A stretch of 35,203 nucleotides of DNA from a virus. Below are positions 24,572 to 31,777 of this stretch, one piece after another. The stretch spans positions 1-35,203 of IMG/VR virus record IMGVR_UViG_3300033555_000017; one strand, written 5' to 3'. A program made the translations under genes and the position numbers. Below the pieces are notes generated by a model. The model was not told where the DNA came from and did no database searches. It saw only the letters and a list, made by a program, of their open reading frames with translations. Each line of letters opens with the position of its first letter. The first letter of the stretch is position 1.

Positions 24572-24780
24572 TTTAAATCTTTTATAATTAAACAATCTTC
24601 ATCATCAAATGAATAGCAATCTTTGCAATAGTGCTTATCATCTTCTTTGTGCCAATCAGAGTCTAAGGCACAATCTAAAGCAAATCCTTTATCATTCCAT
24701 GCGCTATATTCGGCATCTTCGTTTGAATCAACACCGCAATTATCACAAATAACAGTGTACATTTCTACTTCTTTTATCAT
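24568..24780 (-). CDS. Small zinc-ribbon-like protein
   Basis: 70 aa with CDNCG ... CKDC cysteine pairs. Confidence 0.5.
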   Translation of the reverse strand: MIKEVEMYTVICDNCGVDSNEDAEYSAWNDKGFALDCALDSDWHKEDDKHYCKDCYSFDDEDCLIIKDLK

Positions 24781-24782
24781 GA

Positions 24783-25169
24783 TTAATATTTTTTACCGCC
24801 CTCTTTTTCTCTGTTTTCTTTGGAATGATCAAATCTCGACTGGTTGTAGGACAACTTTTCAACTAATGCTCCGCCCAAATCTAAACCCTCTCTACCGGCT
24901 AAATCAAATATTCTAATTACAGCGTCCGCAAGCTCAACCTCTAACATTTTTCTATGTGGTAATTTATCATCCATTAGGTTTTTCCGATCTCCTTCCATTG
25001 CCTCCGCTATTTCACTAACAATTAACATTAAGCAAGTGCCTATTTCTCGTGGCTTATCATGCCAACCGGCATCCTTTGCAAGTCCATGAGATAAATTAAC
25101 CCATCCGTTTAAATCGTGTTTAAAGCTTATGGCAAAATTCTCTAATCTCTGTTGGTTTTCTGTTTTCAT
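24783..25169 (-). CDS. mazG: MazG-like nucleoside triphosphate pyrophosphohydrolase
   Basis: IVSEIAEAMEGDRK ... EVELADAVIRIFDLAGREGLDLGGALVEKLSYNQSR matches the MazG EExxE/ELAD pattern. Confidence 0.8.
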   Translation of the reverse strand: MKTENQQRLENFAISFKHDLNGWVNLSHGLAKDAGWHDKPREIGTCLMLIVSEIAEAMEGDRKNLMDDKLPHRKMLEVELADAVIRIFDLAGREGLDLGGALVEKLSYNQSRFDHSKENREKEGGKKY

Positions 25170-25540
25170 ATAAATTTATAATCTAGGTTTAACTGGTTTA
25201 AAGTTTTCATTATTAAAGGATCTTTGATTTTTACTAAATCGTTAAATAAATCCCGGTTGTAGATAACGGTTGAATGGTCTCGGTCAAAGTAGCTTCCTAT
25301 CTCTTTAAGCTTGTTATCCGTAACTCTATAACTTATGCCTATGGCTATCATTCGGGCGGTCACAAGCTCACGCTTTCGGCTTCTGGAGCGTACGTCTTTA
25401 TTTTTTAAATTCAAGCCGTTGCAGATTAGATTTAAAATTGTATCGAGGTTTTTCTCTTTAGAGTTTGTTTCTAAGCTTATCCCTATTGAGGCTGCATTTT
25501 GTAATCGTTCTGGTAATCCTATAAATATTTCTGTGGTCAT
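25166..25540 (-). CDS. DnaA domain IV-like HTH protein (replication or transcription regulator)
   Basis: SRSRKRELVTARMIAIGISYRVTDNKLKEIGSYFDRDHSTVIYN parallels the DnaA C-terminal DNA-binding domain (SRxxxxxxxRQxAMYLxxxxTxxSLxxIGxxFxRDHTTV). Confidence 0.7.
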   Translation of the reverse strand: MTTEIFIGLPERLQNAASIGISLETNSKEKNLDTILNLICNGLNLKNKDVRSRSRKRELVTARMIAIGISYRVTDNKLKEIGSYFDRDHSTVIYNRDLFNDLVKIKDPLIMKTLNQLNLDYKFI

Positions 25541-25701
25541 GGTTTAGTTTTTAGTAAACATCTTTTTAATTCTTTACTTGGTTGAGGCATTTTAATTTTA
25601 TTGCAAAATGATATTAAGCCGTTATCATTTGTTTTGTGTATGCAGTTTAAACAACTTACCTCTGGCACATCGTTTATGTTAAAGTCTTTGGTTTTGCTCA
25701 T
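25537..25701 (-). CDS. Small Cys-containing protein (54 aa)
   Basis: Not in the track. Translation: MSKTKDFNINDVPEVSCLNCIHKTNDNGLISFCNKIKMPQPSKELKRCLLKTKP. Its stop overlaps the next ATG (ATGA). Confidence 0.45.
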   Translation of the reverse strand: MSKTKDFNINDVPEVSCLNCIHKTNDNGLISFCNKIKMPQPSKELKRCLLKTKP

Positions 25702-25761
25702 TGATTAAATCGTTCATAATTTATCTTTAAATATAGTAATTAAGTAACATTTGTAAAAGTT

Positions 25762-27171
25762 TTAAACAATAAAAGGATCAAATTCTTTATCAAACTTTTC
25801 AGAAGGTGTAAAATTGAATTTGTGTTCTACTTGAATTTCATTTTCATTAACAAATCTTTGGAATTTACCTATAAACTTACACCTTGCAGCATCAACAACT
25901 CCGTCTCTATTTTTAGCAATGATTACTTCTGTTAAACCTGCTGTTGAAGTTCCGTTTTCGTCTTGGTCTATTCCGTAATACTCTGGCCTGTACAAAAACA
26001 TCACTACATCGGCGTCCTGTTCAATGCTTCCACTTTCTCTAAGGTCTGATAGCATTGGGCGTTTGTTTGGCCGGCTCTCTACTTGCCTGCTTAATTGAGA
26101 TAAAGCAATTACCGGAACGTTTAAATCTTTAGAGATTTGTTTTAAGCCTCTTGAAATTTCGCTTATTTCCTGCTCCCTATTATTGGTTTTTTTAGAGCCT
26201 GAAAGTAACTGTAAGTAATCAATAACAACCATTTTAATGCCATGCTTTTGCTTCATTCTAATCGCTTTGGCTTTGATTTGATTAATGGTTAAAGATGAAC
26301 TTTCATCAATTATTATATTGGCTTTATACAGTCTGTCATAAGAGCTTTCAATCCTTAGCTTTTGATCCGGTCTTAAATTTCGTTTCTTTAAAGCCTCTAA
26401 TTCTACTTCGCTTTCGGCTGAAATAATCCTGTCAATAAGTTGTTCTTTGCTCATTTCGAGTGAGAAAATGGCAACTGGCAAGTTTTGTTCAAAAGCTGCC
26501 TTTCTGATAAAATGTAAAGCCATTGCTGTTTTTCCCATTGATGGGCGGGCTGCTAAAATAATTAGGTTGTTGTTTTGGAAACCGTTTGTTAATTCGTCTA
26601 ATTCTCTAAGCCCAGCACCTATTCCCGTTAAACCTACTTTTAAGCCCTCACAATAAACTTTGTATCTATCATAGAGCAAAGTATTAAATTCAATAAAGTC
26701 TTTCCCTAACTGCCCCGCATTCAATTCAAACAAGCAATCAGAACTATGTTCCAACAATTCAAATACATCTGTGGTATCTTCATAAGATTGATTGATGATT
26801 TCTGTTGAGATTCTTATCAATTCCCTTTGAATGAATTTTTGTTTAATGATACGGGCATGAAATTCAATATTGGCTCCGTTGGAAACTCGATTAGTTAACT
26901 CGGTTATAAAAAAAGCACCGCCAATCATTTCTAAATTGCCGGCTTGCCTTAACTCGTTGGTAACGGTTAAAATATCAATGGCAATAGATTTGGCGTTTAG
27001 ATTTTTAATTGCCTGATAAATCTTTTGGTGAGCATCTTTATAAAAAACATCTTCTGTTAAAATGTCGGCTACATCAATCAATGCTTTTTTCTCGAGCATC
27101 AAAGCTCCTAAAACAGCTTCTTCTAAATCTAAAGCTTGGGGAGGTAGTTTACCTAAATTGGTTTTGTTCAT
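25762..27171 (-). CDS. dnaB: Replicative DNA helicase DnaB
   Basis: The N-terminal PPQALDLEEAVLGALML, Walker A ARPSMGKTA and the motifs VVIDYLQLL and ALSQLSRQVE are present. Length is 469 aa. Confidence 0.95.
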   Translation of the reverse strand: MNKTNLGKLPPQALDLEEAVLGALMLEKKALIDVADILTEDVFYKDAHQKIYQAIKNLNAKSIAIDILTVTNELRQAGNLEMIGGAFFITELTNRVSNGANIEFHARIIKQKFIQRELIRISTEIINQSYEDTTDVFELLEHSSDCLFELNAGQLGKDFIEFNTLLYDRYKVYCEGLKVGLTGIGAGLRELDELTNGFQNNNLIILAARPSMGKTAMALHFIRKAAFEQNLPVAIFSLEMSKEQLIDRIISAESEVELEALKKRNLRPDQKLRIESSYDRLYKANIIIDESSSLTINQIKAKAIRMKQKHGIKMVVIDYLQLLSGSKKTNNREQEISEISRGLKQISKDLNVPVIALSQLSRQVESRPNKRPMLSDLRESGSIEQDADVVMFLYRPEYYGIDQDENGTSTAGLTEVIIAKNRDGVVDAARCKFIGKFQRFVNENEIQVEHKFNFTPSEKFDKEFDPFIV

Positions 27172-27374
27172 AGTTTGGTTTTAAATTCTAATACAATGGT
27201 TTTAACAGCTTCTTTAATTTGTTCAACCAGTTCAACCGGCACTCTAAAAGCGATAGTTTTAGTAGGTTCTTTACGTGGCTGACCTGAGCCGGGGCGTTTT
27301 CCGCCTCTAAGTTTTATTGTTTGCAAAATATTAGGCTGGTCTGTTACCTCAATTATTTCAATTAATGGTTTCAT
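27168..27374 (-). CDS. Hypothetical protein, RHH-like (GGKRPGSGQPRKEPTKTIAFRVPVELVEQIKEAV)
   Basis: 68-aa ORF with ATGA overlaps on both sides. Confidence 0.45.
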   Translation of the reverse strand: MKPLIEIIEVTDQPNILQTIKLRGGKRPGSGQPRKEPTKTIAFRVPVELVEQIKEAVKTIVLEFKTKL

Positions 27375-27574
27375 ATTAGTTTAGTTATTTTGTCGATTGT
27401 GCCGCTTAGAATGTCTCTAATTTCAAGAGCTTTTGCAAATTGGGTATAAATTTTATTATCACCAAAAAAATCATTTTTTTCGCTTCTAGAATTAGAATGC
27501 TTTTTTTCTACTGTTTGTAGGTTTTTTTGAGCCTTTAATAATTCTTTGTTTAATGTATTTAATAAAGTTGTCAT
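27371..27574 (-). CDS. Hypothetical helical protein
   Basis: 67-aa ORF. Confidence 0.45.
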   Translation of the reverse strand: MTTLLNTLNKELLKAQKNLQTVEKKHSNSRSEKNDFFGDNKIYTQFAKALEIRDILSGTIDKITKLI

Positions 27575-27650
27575 AATTTCTAGTTGTTTGTTTGTCTATT
27601 CAAATGTACAAATATTATTGATACTTGCAAACAGTTATCTAATAAAGTTA

Positions 27651-28334
27651 TTAACATTTTGAAGCTATTCTAATTGCTCTGTTTTTTTCTGCTTGCGAAA
27701 AGTAAACAACCTCCGCCTCTGGTTTAACCTTTGATTTCTCAACCCAATTAACATCCATCCATTTGCCATCCTCAAAACAATTTTCTTGACTACCGATAAA
27801 AGTTTTTAAAGAATGCTTATAGGTTGGTTCTTTAGTTTTGATTTGTTTGTACGCTGCAAATTGATTAAAGAAATATTCAATTTGGTTTTGTTTGGTTAGA
27901 TGGTTTAAAAATGCTAAACCTAATCTGGCCTGGTTTATATGTTTTGAGTTTTGGTAATCGAAATCAAAAAAAGAAAGAAGGTCATCTAATTTTAAATTTA
28001 CAGTTTCAGAATCAGAATCAGTATCAGTATCAGTATCAGATAGGGTTACGATAGGTTCTTTAGGTTCTTTTAGGTTATTATTAGGTTTCCTGCCTCCTAG
28101 TTTTCCATTCTCTTTTGAGGTTTCTCCCCTCTTATCGTAATAGGAAATATTTCTTTTTAAGTTAGGTTCTAACAGCTTCCAAACCAGCCTAACTGATAAT
28201 GAAGATGGTGTTTGCACTTCTTCTTCTAAATGGTATAAAAACAGCATTTCTAAAATATCGCTTCTATCATCCTTATCAAGTTCTGAAATTGCATCCCACC
28301 ATTCAGTACGTAGTATAAATGTTTCTTTTGCCAT
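27651..28334 (-). CDS. Replication organiser/initiator-like protein (two domains joined by an acidic repeat linker)
   Basis: The N-terminal pattern FILRTEWWDAISELDKDDRSDILEMLFLYHL...YYDKRGETSKENGKLGGRKP resembles phage replisome-organiser N-domains of Bacteroidota/Firmicutes phages. The gene lies upstream of dnaB. The linker is LSDTDTDTDSDSE. Confidence 0.45.
   Translation of the reverse strand: MAKETFILRTEWWDAISELDKDDRSDILEMLFLYHLEEEVQTPSSLSVRLVWKLLEPNLKRNISYYDKRGETSKENGKLGGRKPNNNLKEPKEPIVTLSDTDTDTDSDSETVNLKLDDLLSFFDFDYQNSKHINQARLGLAFLNHLTKQNQIEYFFNQFAAYKQIKTKEPTYKHSLKTFIGSQENCFEDGKWMDVNWVEKSKVKPEAEVVYFSQAEKNRAIRIASKC
28006..28087. repeat. Repeat array inside the organiser gene: hexamer repeats plus five phased TAGG(G)TT units (ori/iteron candidate)
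   Basis: (TCAGAA)x2(TCAGTA)x3 occupies 28006..28040. TAGGGTT/TAGGTT units start at 28041, 28052, 28061, 28071 and 28082, giving spacings of 11, 9, 10 and 11 bp. Confidence 0.5.
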
Positions 28335-28359
28335 ATTTAAGTTAGTTGTTTAGGTTTAA

Positions 28360-28521
28360 TTAAATGATTATAATATCTTCAGCTTCTATTTCAGTATCGC
28401 ATAATGGATTCTCAAAACTGATTGATGCTCTATAACCTAAAACAAATTCAATCCACTCTTTAAATTCTTGCGCTGTGCATTCTTCGCCTACTTTTACATT
28501 AAATCTTATTTCTTTTGTCAT
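28360..28521 (-). CDS. Small hypothetical protein (53 aa)
   Basis: Not in the track. Translation: MTKEIRFNVKVGEECTAQEFKEWIEFVLGYRASISFENPLCDTEIEAEDIIII. It fills the gap between the YopX and organiser genes. Confidence 0.4.
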   Translation of the reverse strand: MTKEIRFNVKVGEECTAQEFKEWIEFVLGYRASISFENPLCDTEIEAEDIIII

Positions 28522-28534
28522 TTGGTTTAGGTTA

Positions 28535-28927
28535 TTATTTAGTTAGTTCAGGGTTATCATGAATGTTTCCAATAATTTCAATATTATCAATTTCTTGAAT
28601 ATCATAATCACCTTCACAACGATAGCAATGGCAGCATATAATTTCTTTTGTTGGAAAATCATAAGTTTTAGAAGCCCAACCATTTCTATTTTCACACCAC
28701 ATTATTACTTGAAAATCAGCATCGTAATCCCCTTCATAAATATCAACATCGTTTTTATCCTTTAAGCCTGTGAATTGACCTACTGTTTCGGGGATAACTT
28801 CATAATAATTTCTACTAGCTCCAGTAAGGTTTGTAATAAATATTTTTGAACCATCCTTTAATAAATCACCAATAACCCACTCACTATTGTTAATTCTTTT
28901 ACCTCTAAATTTTATTTCTCTGTTCAT
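28535..28927 (-). CDS. YopX-family protein
   Basis: REIKFRGK ... ETVGQFTGLKDKNDVDIYEGD ... IEIIGNIHDNPEL matches the YopX signature. The start was chosen at MNREIKF (28927) because it forms an ATGA overlap with the upstream stop. The track ORF extends to 28978. Confidence 0.8.
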   Translation of the reverse strand: MNREIKFRGKRINNSEWVIGDLLKDGSKIFITNLTGASRNYYEVIPETVGQFTGLKDKNDVDIYEGDYDADFQVIMWCENRNGWASKTYDFPTKEIICCHCYRCEGDYDIQEIDNIEIIGNIHDNPELTK

Positions 28928-29175
28928 AATATTTCGTTTGGGTCGGGCATGTAAATATTTAAAAACTCCGATGCCCATTGTTGGATGTTTTCTTTGTACT
29001 CAATAAATTCTATATTGCTTAACTCGCTGTAATCAACTTCAAATCGTTTAACTAAAAATTCATGTACATCTCTATCTGATAATCCGTTGTAGCCTACATC
29101 TTTTAAACCTTCTTTTACTACCGGGATAAGTACACCCCAGTAGTATTTATTAAGCTTGTTCGATTTCATATACAT
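28924..29175 (-). CDS. Hypothetical protein
   Basis: 83-aa ORF downstream of the exonuclease gene. Confidence 0.5.
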   Translation of the reverse strand: MYMKSNKLNKYYWGVLIPVVKEGLKDVGYNGLSDRDVHEFLVKRFEVDYSELSNIEFIEYKENIQQWASEFLNIYMPDPNEIL

Positions 29176-29794
29176 TCCATTGCTGCTTTGATTCTAATTG
29201 AGAAATGTATTCATCCCTAATTATAACAGCTTCTTTTATCCTTGCTTTGATAAGCTCTATGCGTTCTTCATTTCTCAATACTATTATCTCATGATACATT
29301 GGCTTACCGTTGTATATGATGTAGTTAAAGAAGTAGGTTTGAATAGTATTTGAACACATCATTTGGTGTTGCATCTGATCAAGATATTTAGCATCAATCT
29401 CATTGTTACAAACCAATTTGAAAAATTTGTTGGGCTTTGGGCATTTTATTTCTAATCCCGAATTATCAGAAACATGTCCATCAGGTGAGCCTCCAGTATC
29501 TTCATTAAGCTTTATAAAATCGGATTCCGTTACCTTTAAAAAATCTAATTTCTTTAATTCTTTAAAGCATTCAAATGCTAAAGGCTCTAAATCTATTCCT
29601 CTTTGCATGTCAAAACTTACAAAATCCTCATCTAAATTTCTACCTTCAAACAATTCAACCGCCATATCAAAAGCATAAGTCCTGCCTAAATCGTTAAGCC
29701 CTTTAATGCCCATTAGCTCTGATATTCTGGATGATGTAAACTTGCCCGCTCTTTGAGCAAACCATTCCGCACTACGCTGCCCCGACATAATCAT
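29150..29794 (-). CDS. YqaJ-type (lambda Exo-like) recombination exonuclease
   Basis: QRSAEWFAQRAGKFTSSRISELMG ... GGSPDGHV ... GLEIKCP ... YLDQMQHQM matches the YqaJ viral recombinase pattern. Confidence 0.85.
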   Translation of the reverse strand: MIMSGQRSAEWFAQRAGKFTSSRISELMGIKGLNDLGRTYAFDMAVELFEGRNLDEDFVSFDMQRGIDLEPLAFECFKELKKLDFLKVTESDFIKLNEDTGGSPDGHVSDNSGLEIKCPKPNKFFKLVCNNEIDAKYLDQMQHQMMCSNTIQTYFFNYIIYNGKPMYHEIIVLRNEERIELIKARIKEAVIIRDEYISQLESKQQWNVYEIEQA

Positions 29795-30260
29795 TGTATT
29801 TAGTTTCCATATCTTCTGTTAATTCATAAGAGGCTTTTATTTGCTCAATAGAAGCATTTGCTGATTTCGCCTTTTCAAAATTAGCTTCTGTAAAAAATCT
29901 TTTAGATTGTGCTATTTGTGGCTGTATTGGTTTAATTCTTATACCTCCAACTATCTGCCCTTTCATCTTTACGTTTTCATCTATAAATAATTCAATAGAA
30001 ACGTTATTCCAATTATCAGTGTCGGTGCTTTTGGTAAAGCCTTTAATTATTCCAGCGTTACCGGCATTCAATACCCAGGGCTTTATGTTTTCAACAAAGT
30101 ATGCAATGTTATGATTGCCTTTATTGCCGGCAACAACAACACCTATTTCTTGTTTAACATGCTTTATAACTAACTTAAGGCTTTGCTTTTGTTCAATCAT
30201 TTCTTCTAAATCAACCACACCCAGGTGATCTGATTTGTAAACTTTTCTATAATTTGGCAT
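29772..30260 (-). CDS. Hypothetical protein (possible ssDNA-binding or annealing partner of the exonuclease, by position only)
   Basis: 162-aa ORF overlapping the exonuclease start by 23 nt. No RecT, Erf or Rad52 motif was recognised. Confidence 0.3.
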   Translation of the reverse strand: MPNYRKVYKSDHLGVVDLEEMIEQKQSLKLVIKHVKQEIGVVVAGNKGNHNIAYFVENIKPWVLNAGNAGIIKGFTKSTDTDNWNNVSIELFIDENVKMKGQIVGGIRIKPIQPQIAQSKRFFTEANFEKAKSANASIEQIKASYELTEDMETKYNDYVGAA

Positions 30261-30264
30261 TTGA

Positions 30265-30393
30265 TTAAAATTTAATGGTTTGAAAAATAAACGCTCCTGC
30301 TAATACACCAGCTATAAAAATCATAACTGATATTAATAAGAGTTGCATCATTAAAGTGAATGCTCTTTGATCTTCTCTTGCGTTTTGATTCAT
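30265..30393 (-). CDS. Small membrane peptide (42 aa)
   Basis: Not in the track. MNQNAREDQRAFTLMMQLLLISVMIFIAGVLAGAFIFQTIKF has one TM helix. There is an ATGA overlap with the upstream stop. Confidence 0.45.
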   Translation of the reverse strand: MNQNAREDQRAFTLMMQLLLISVMIFIAGVLAGAFIFQTIKF

Positions 30394-30584
30394 TTGATTT
30401 TTAGATTAGAGTTTAATATTTTTTTAGCTTGGATTAATACGTTTTCACAATTAGTGCAAACTTTAGAAACTTCTTTGCTTATGTAGTATGTCCAGTTGTT
30501 AAAATCTTCATCATTTAAAGGATTGTTTTTATTGTAGTCAAAAGGATAAACTGTTGACTTTACGGATATAACTTTATTAAGCAT
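30390..30584 (-). CDS. Hypothetical protein (64 aa from the coupled start; the track ORF extends to 30650)
   Basis: The internal start MLNKVISV forms an ATGCTTAA overlap with the upstream stop. A CTNC motif is present. Confidence 0.45.
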   Translation of the reverse strand: MLNKVISVKSTVYPFDYNKNNPLNDEDFNNWTYYISKEVSKVCTNCENVLIQAKKILNSNLKIK

Positions 30585-30798
30585 GTTCAACCTCGCTTTC
30601 TTTAGTATGCCAAATAGATAATATGCCTTTTTGAAATATGGCTTCTTCAAGACTTCCCTGTAATTTTGTGGTATATTCAGAACCTAAATCAAAGCTTTTA
30701 GCGGATTCTATAAGCTCTGTTAACTGATTAATTCTTTCATCATTAATTCTAATTAATGTATGAACTGCGTGATTATATTTTTCCATGTCCTTAATCAT
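30577..30798 (-). CDS. Hypothetical protein
   Basis: 73-aa ORF. Confidence 0.5.
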   Translation of the reverse strand: MIKDMEKYNHAVHTLIRINDERINQLTELIESAKSFDLGSEYTTKLQGSLEEAIFQKGILSIWHTKESEVEHA

Positions 30799-30973
30799 TT
30801 AAATTGTAATCATTAGTTTCTTGATCAGCTTCATACTGCAAGCCTTCAAACATCATTTGTTCACGTTCCTGTTCTGAAATGTGAGCTTGTGAGGCAATTG
30901 CTTGCGCTTGGTTCCTAATTGCCTGGAGGGTGTTTTCTAATTCCGAAAAATTGCTTAATTTTGGGTTGTTCAT
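30791..30973 (-). CDS. Hypothetical acidic protein
   Basis: 60-aa ORF. Confidence 0.45.
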   Translation of the reverse strand: MNNPKLSNFSELENTLQAIRNQAQAIASQAHISEQEREQMMFEGLQYEADQETNDYNLND

Positions 30974-30992
30974 AATCTCTCTGGTTTTAATT

Positions 30993-31023
30993 GGCAGTAG
31001 CTCTAACTACTGCCTTTTTTTTT
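30993..31023 (+). terminator. Canonical intrinsic terminator oriented on the plus strand, antisense to the early operon
   Basis: A perfect 8-bp stem GGCAGTAG/CTACTGCC with the 6-nt loop CTCTAA is followed by nine T (31015..31023). On the minus strand the hairpin is not followed by a U-tract. Confidence 0.55.
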
Positions 31024-31065
31024 AATTGGTTAATTAACTTCTGCAGGTTCTCGATTTTTGAAATC

Positions 31066-31209
31066 TTAGCTGCTTTTTTTAGATGCGATAACTTTACTTC
31101 TTTCATGTAGTCGCTTATTAAAATGTTCGATAACTTTGTTCCTTAGCTTATACATAAATTCATCATCCTTAATGATTACTTGGCTGGTGAGGTTATGAAC
31201 GATTTTCAT
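31066..31209 (-). CDS. Small hypothetical protein (47 aa)
   Basis: Not in the track. Translation: MKIVHNLTSQVIIKDDEFMYKLRNKVIEHFNKRLHERSKVIASKKSS. A competing 34-aa ORF starts at 31106. Confidence 0.3.
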   Translation of the reverse strand: MKIVHNLTSQVIIKDDEFMYKLRNKVIEHFNKRLHERSKVIASKKSS

Positions 31210-31283
31210 TTTGTTGTAACTTGTTGTATTATGTTATTGTTATACAATGTTACAACTATTAAAGCAATAATGCAACATTTTAA

Positions 31284-31511
31284 TTAAATTTTTTTTTGAG
31301 CCATTACTTTAAAAAGAGAAAATCCGTTTTTTATAAGGTTTAAGTAATTGATTAGCGTATCAATTTCCTCAATAGGTACACTTACCTTTGATTCAAACAG
31401 TTCGCCTTTATCGTTTAGCATATCATCGGTTTGGATAAGAAAGTTGATCACACCGCCATAAGGTTGTATGCAAAGCGATTCGTTTTCCTGTGTTTTGATT
31501 TTAATTTTCAT
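31284..31511 (-). CDS. Hypothetical protein, paralogue of 31511..31768
   Basis: The shared C-terminal block is EIDTLINYLNLIK, against EIDTLINYLELIK in the neighbour. Confidence 0.55.
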   Translation of the reverse strand: MKIKIKTQENESLCIQPYGGVINFLIQTDDMLNDKGELFESKVSVPIEEIDTLINYLNLIKNGFSLFKVMAQKKI

Positions 31512-31768
31512 TAGTTTGGGTTATTAAAGATTTGATTAATAAGCTTTTTGTTATTTAAATCAGCTTTAATTAATTCTAAATAATTAATTAAGGTGTCAAT
31601 CTCATCAGTTGAAATCATTACAATATGCTCATTTGTATCATCAGCTTCTATTTTTGTACACTGGTCTTCAGTTATAAAAACTAATCCAGATATTCCAGTT
31701 TCCTGTGTAAATGACTGTGTTATTGTTAAAGTGCAATCTGTTTCTGTTTTAATTGTTATTGGTTTCAT
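31511..31768 (-). CDS. Hypothetical protein, paralogue of 31284..31511
   Basis: See the neighbouring gene. There is a 1-nt start/stop overlap. Confidence 0.55.
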   Translation of the reverse strand: MKPITIKTETDCTLTITQSFTQETGISGLVFITEDQCTKIEADDTNEHIVMISTDEIDTLINYLELIKADLNNKKLINQIFNNPN

Positions 31769-31777
31769 GATTAATAA

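Noticed and set aside
28006-28087. Short tandem repeats, considered as a CRISPR array.
   Set aside because: The repeat units are 6 to 10 bp with no spacers of CRISPR size, and they lie inside an intact ORF. They are interpreted as iteron/linker repeats instead.
31072-31106. A 34-aa ORF (MKEVKLSHLKKAAKISKIENLQKLINQLKKKGSS) running into the hairpin at 30993..31023.
   Set aside because: It competes with the overlapping 47-aa ORF 31066..31209 and would place a perfect terminator hairpin inside its 3' end. Neither small ORF is strongly supported.
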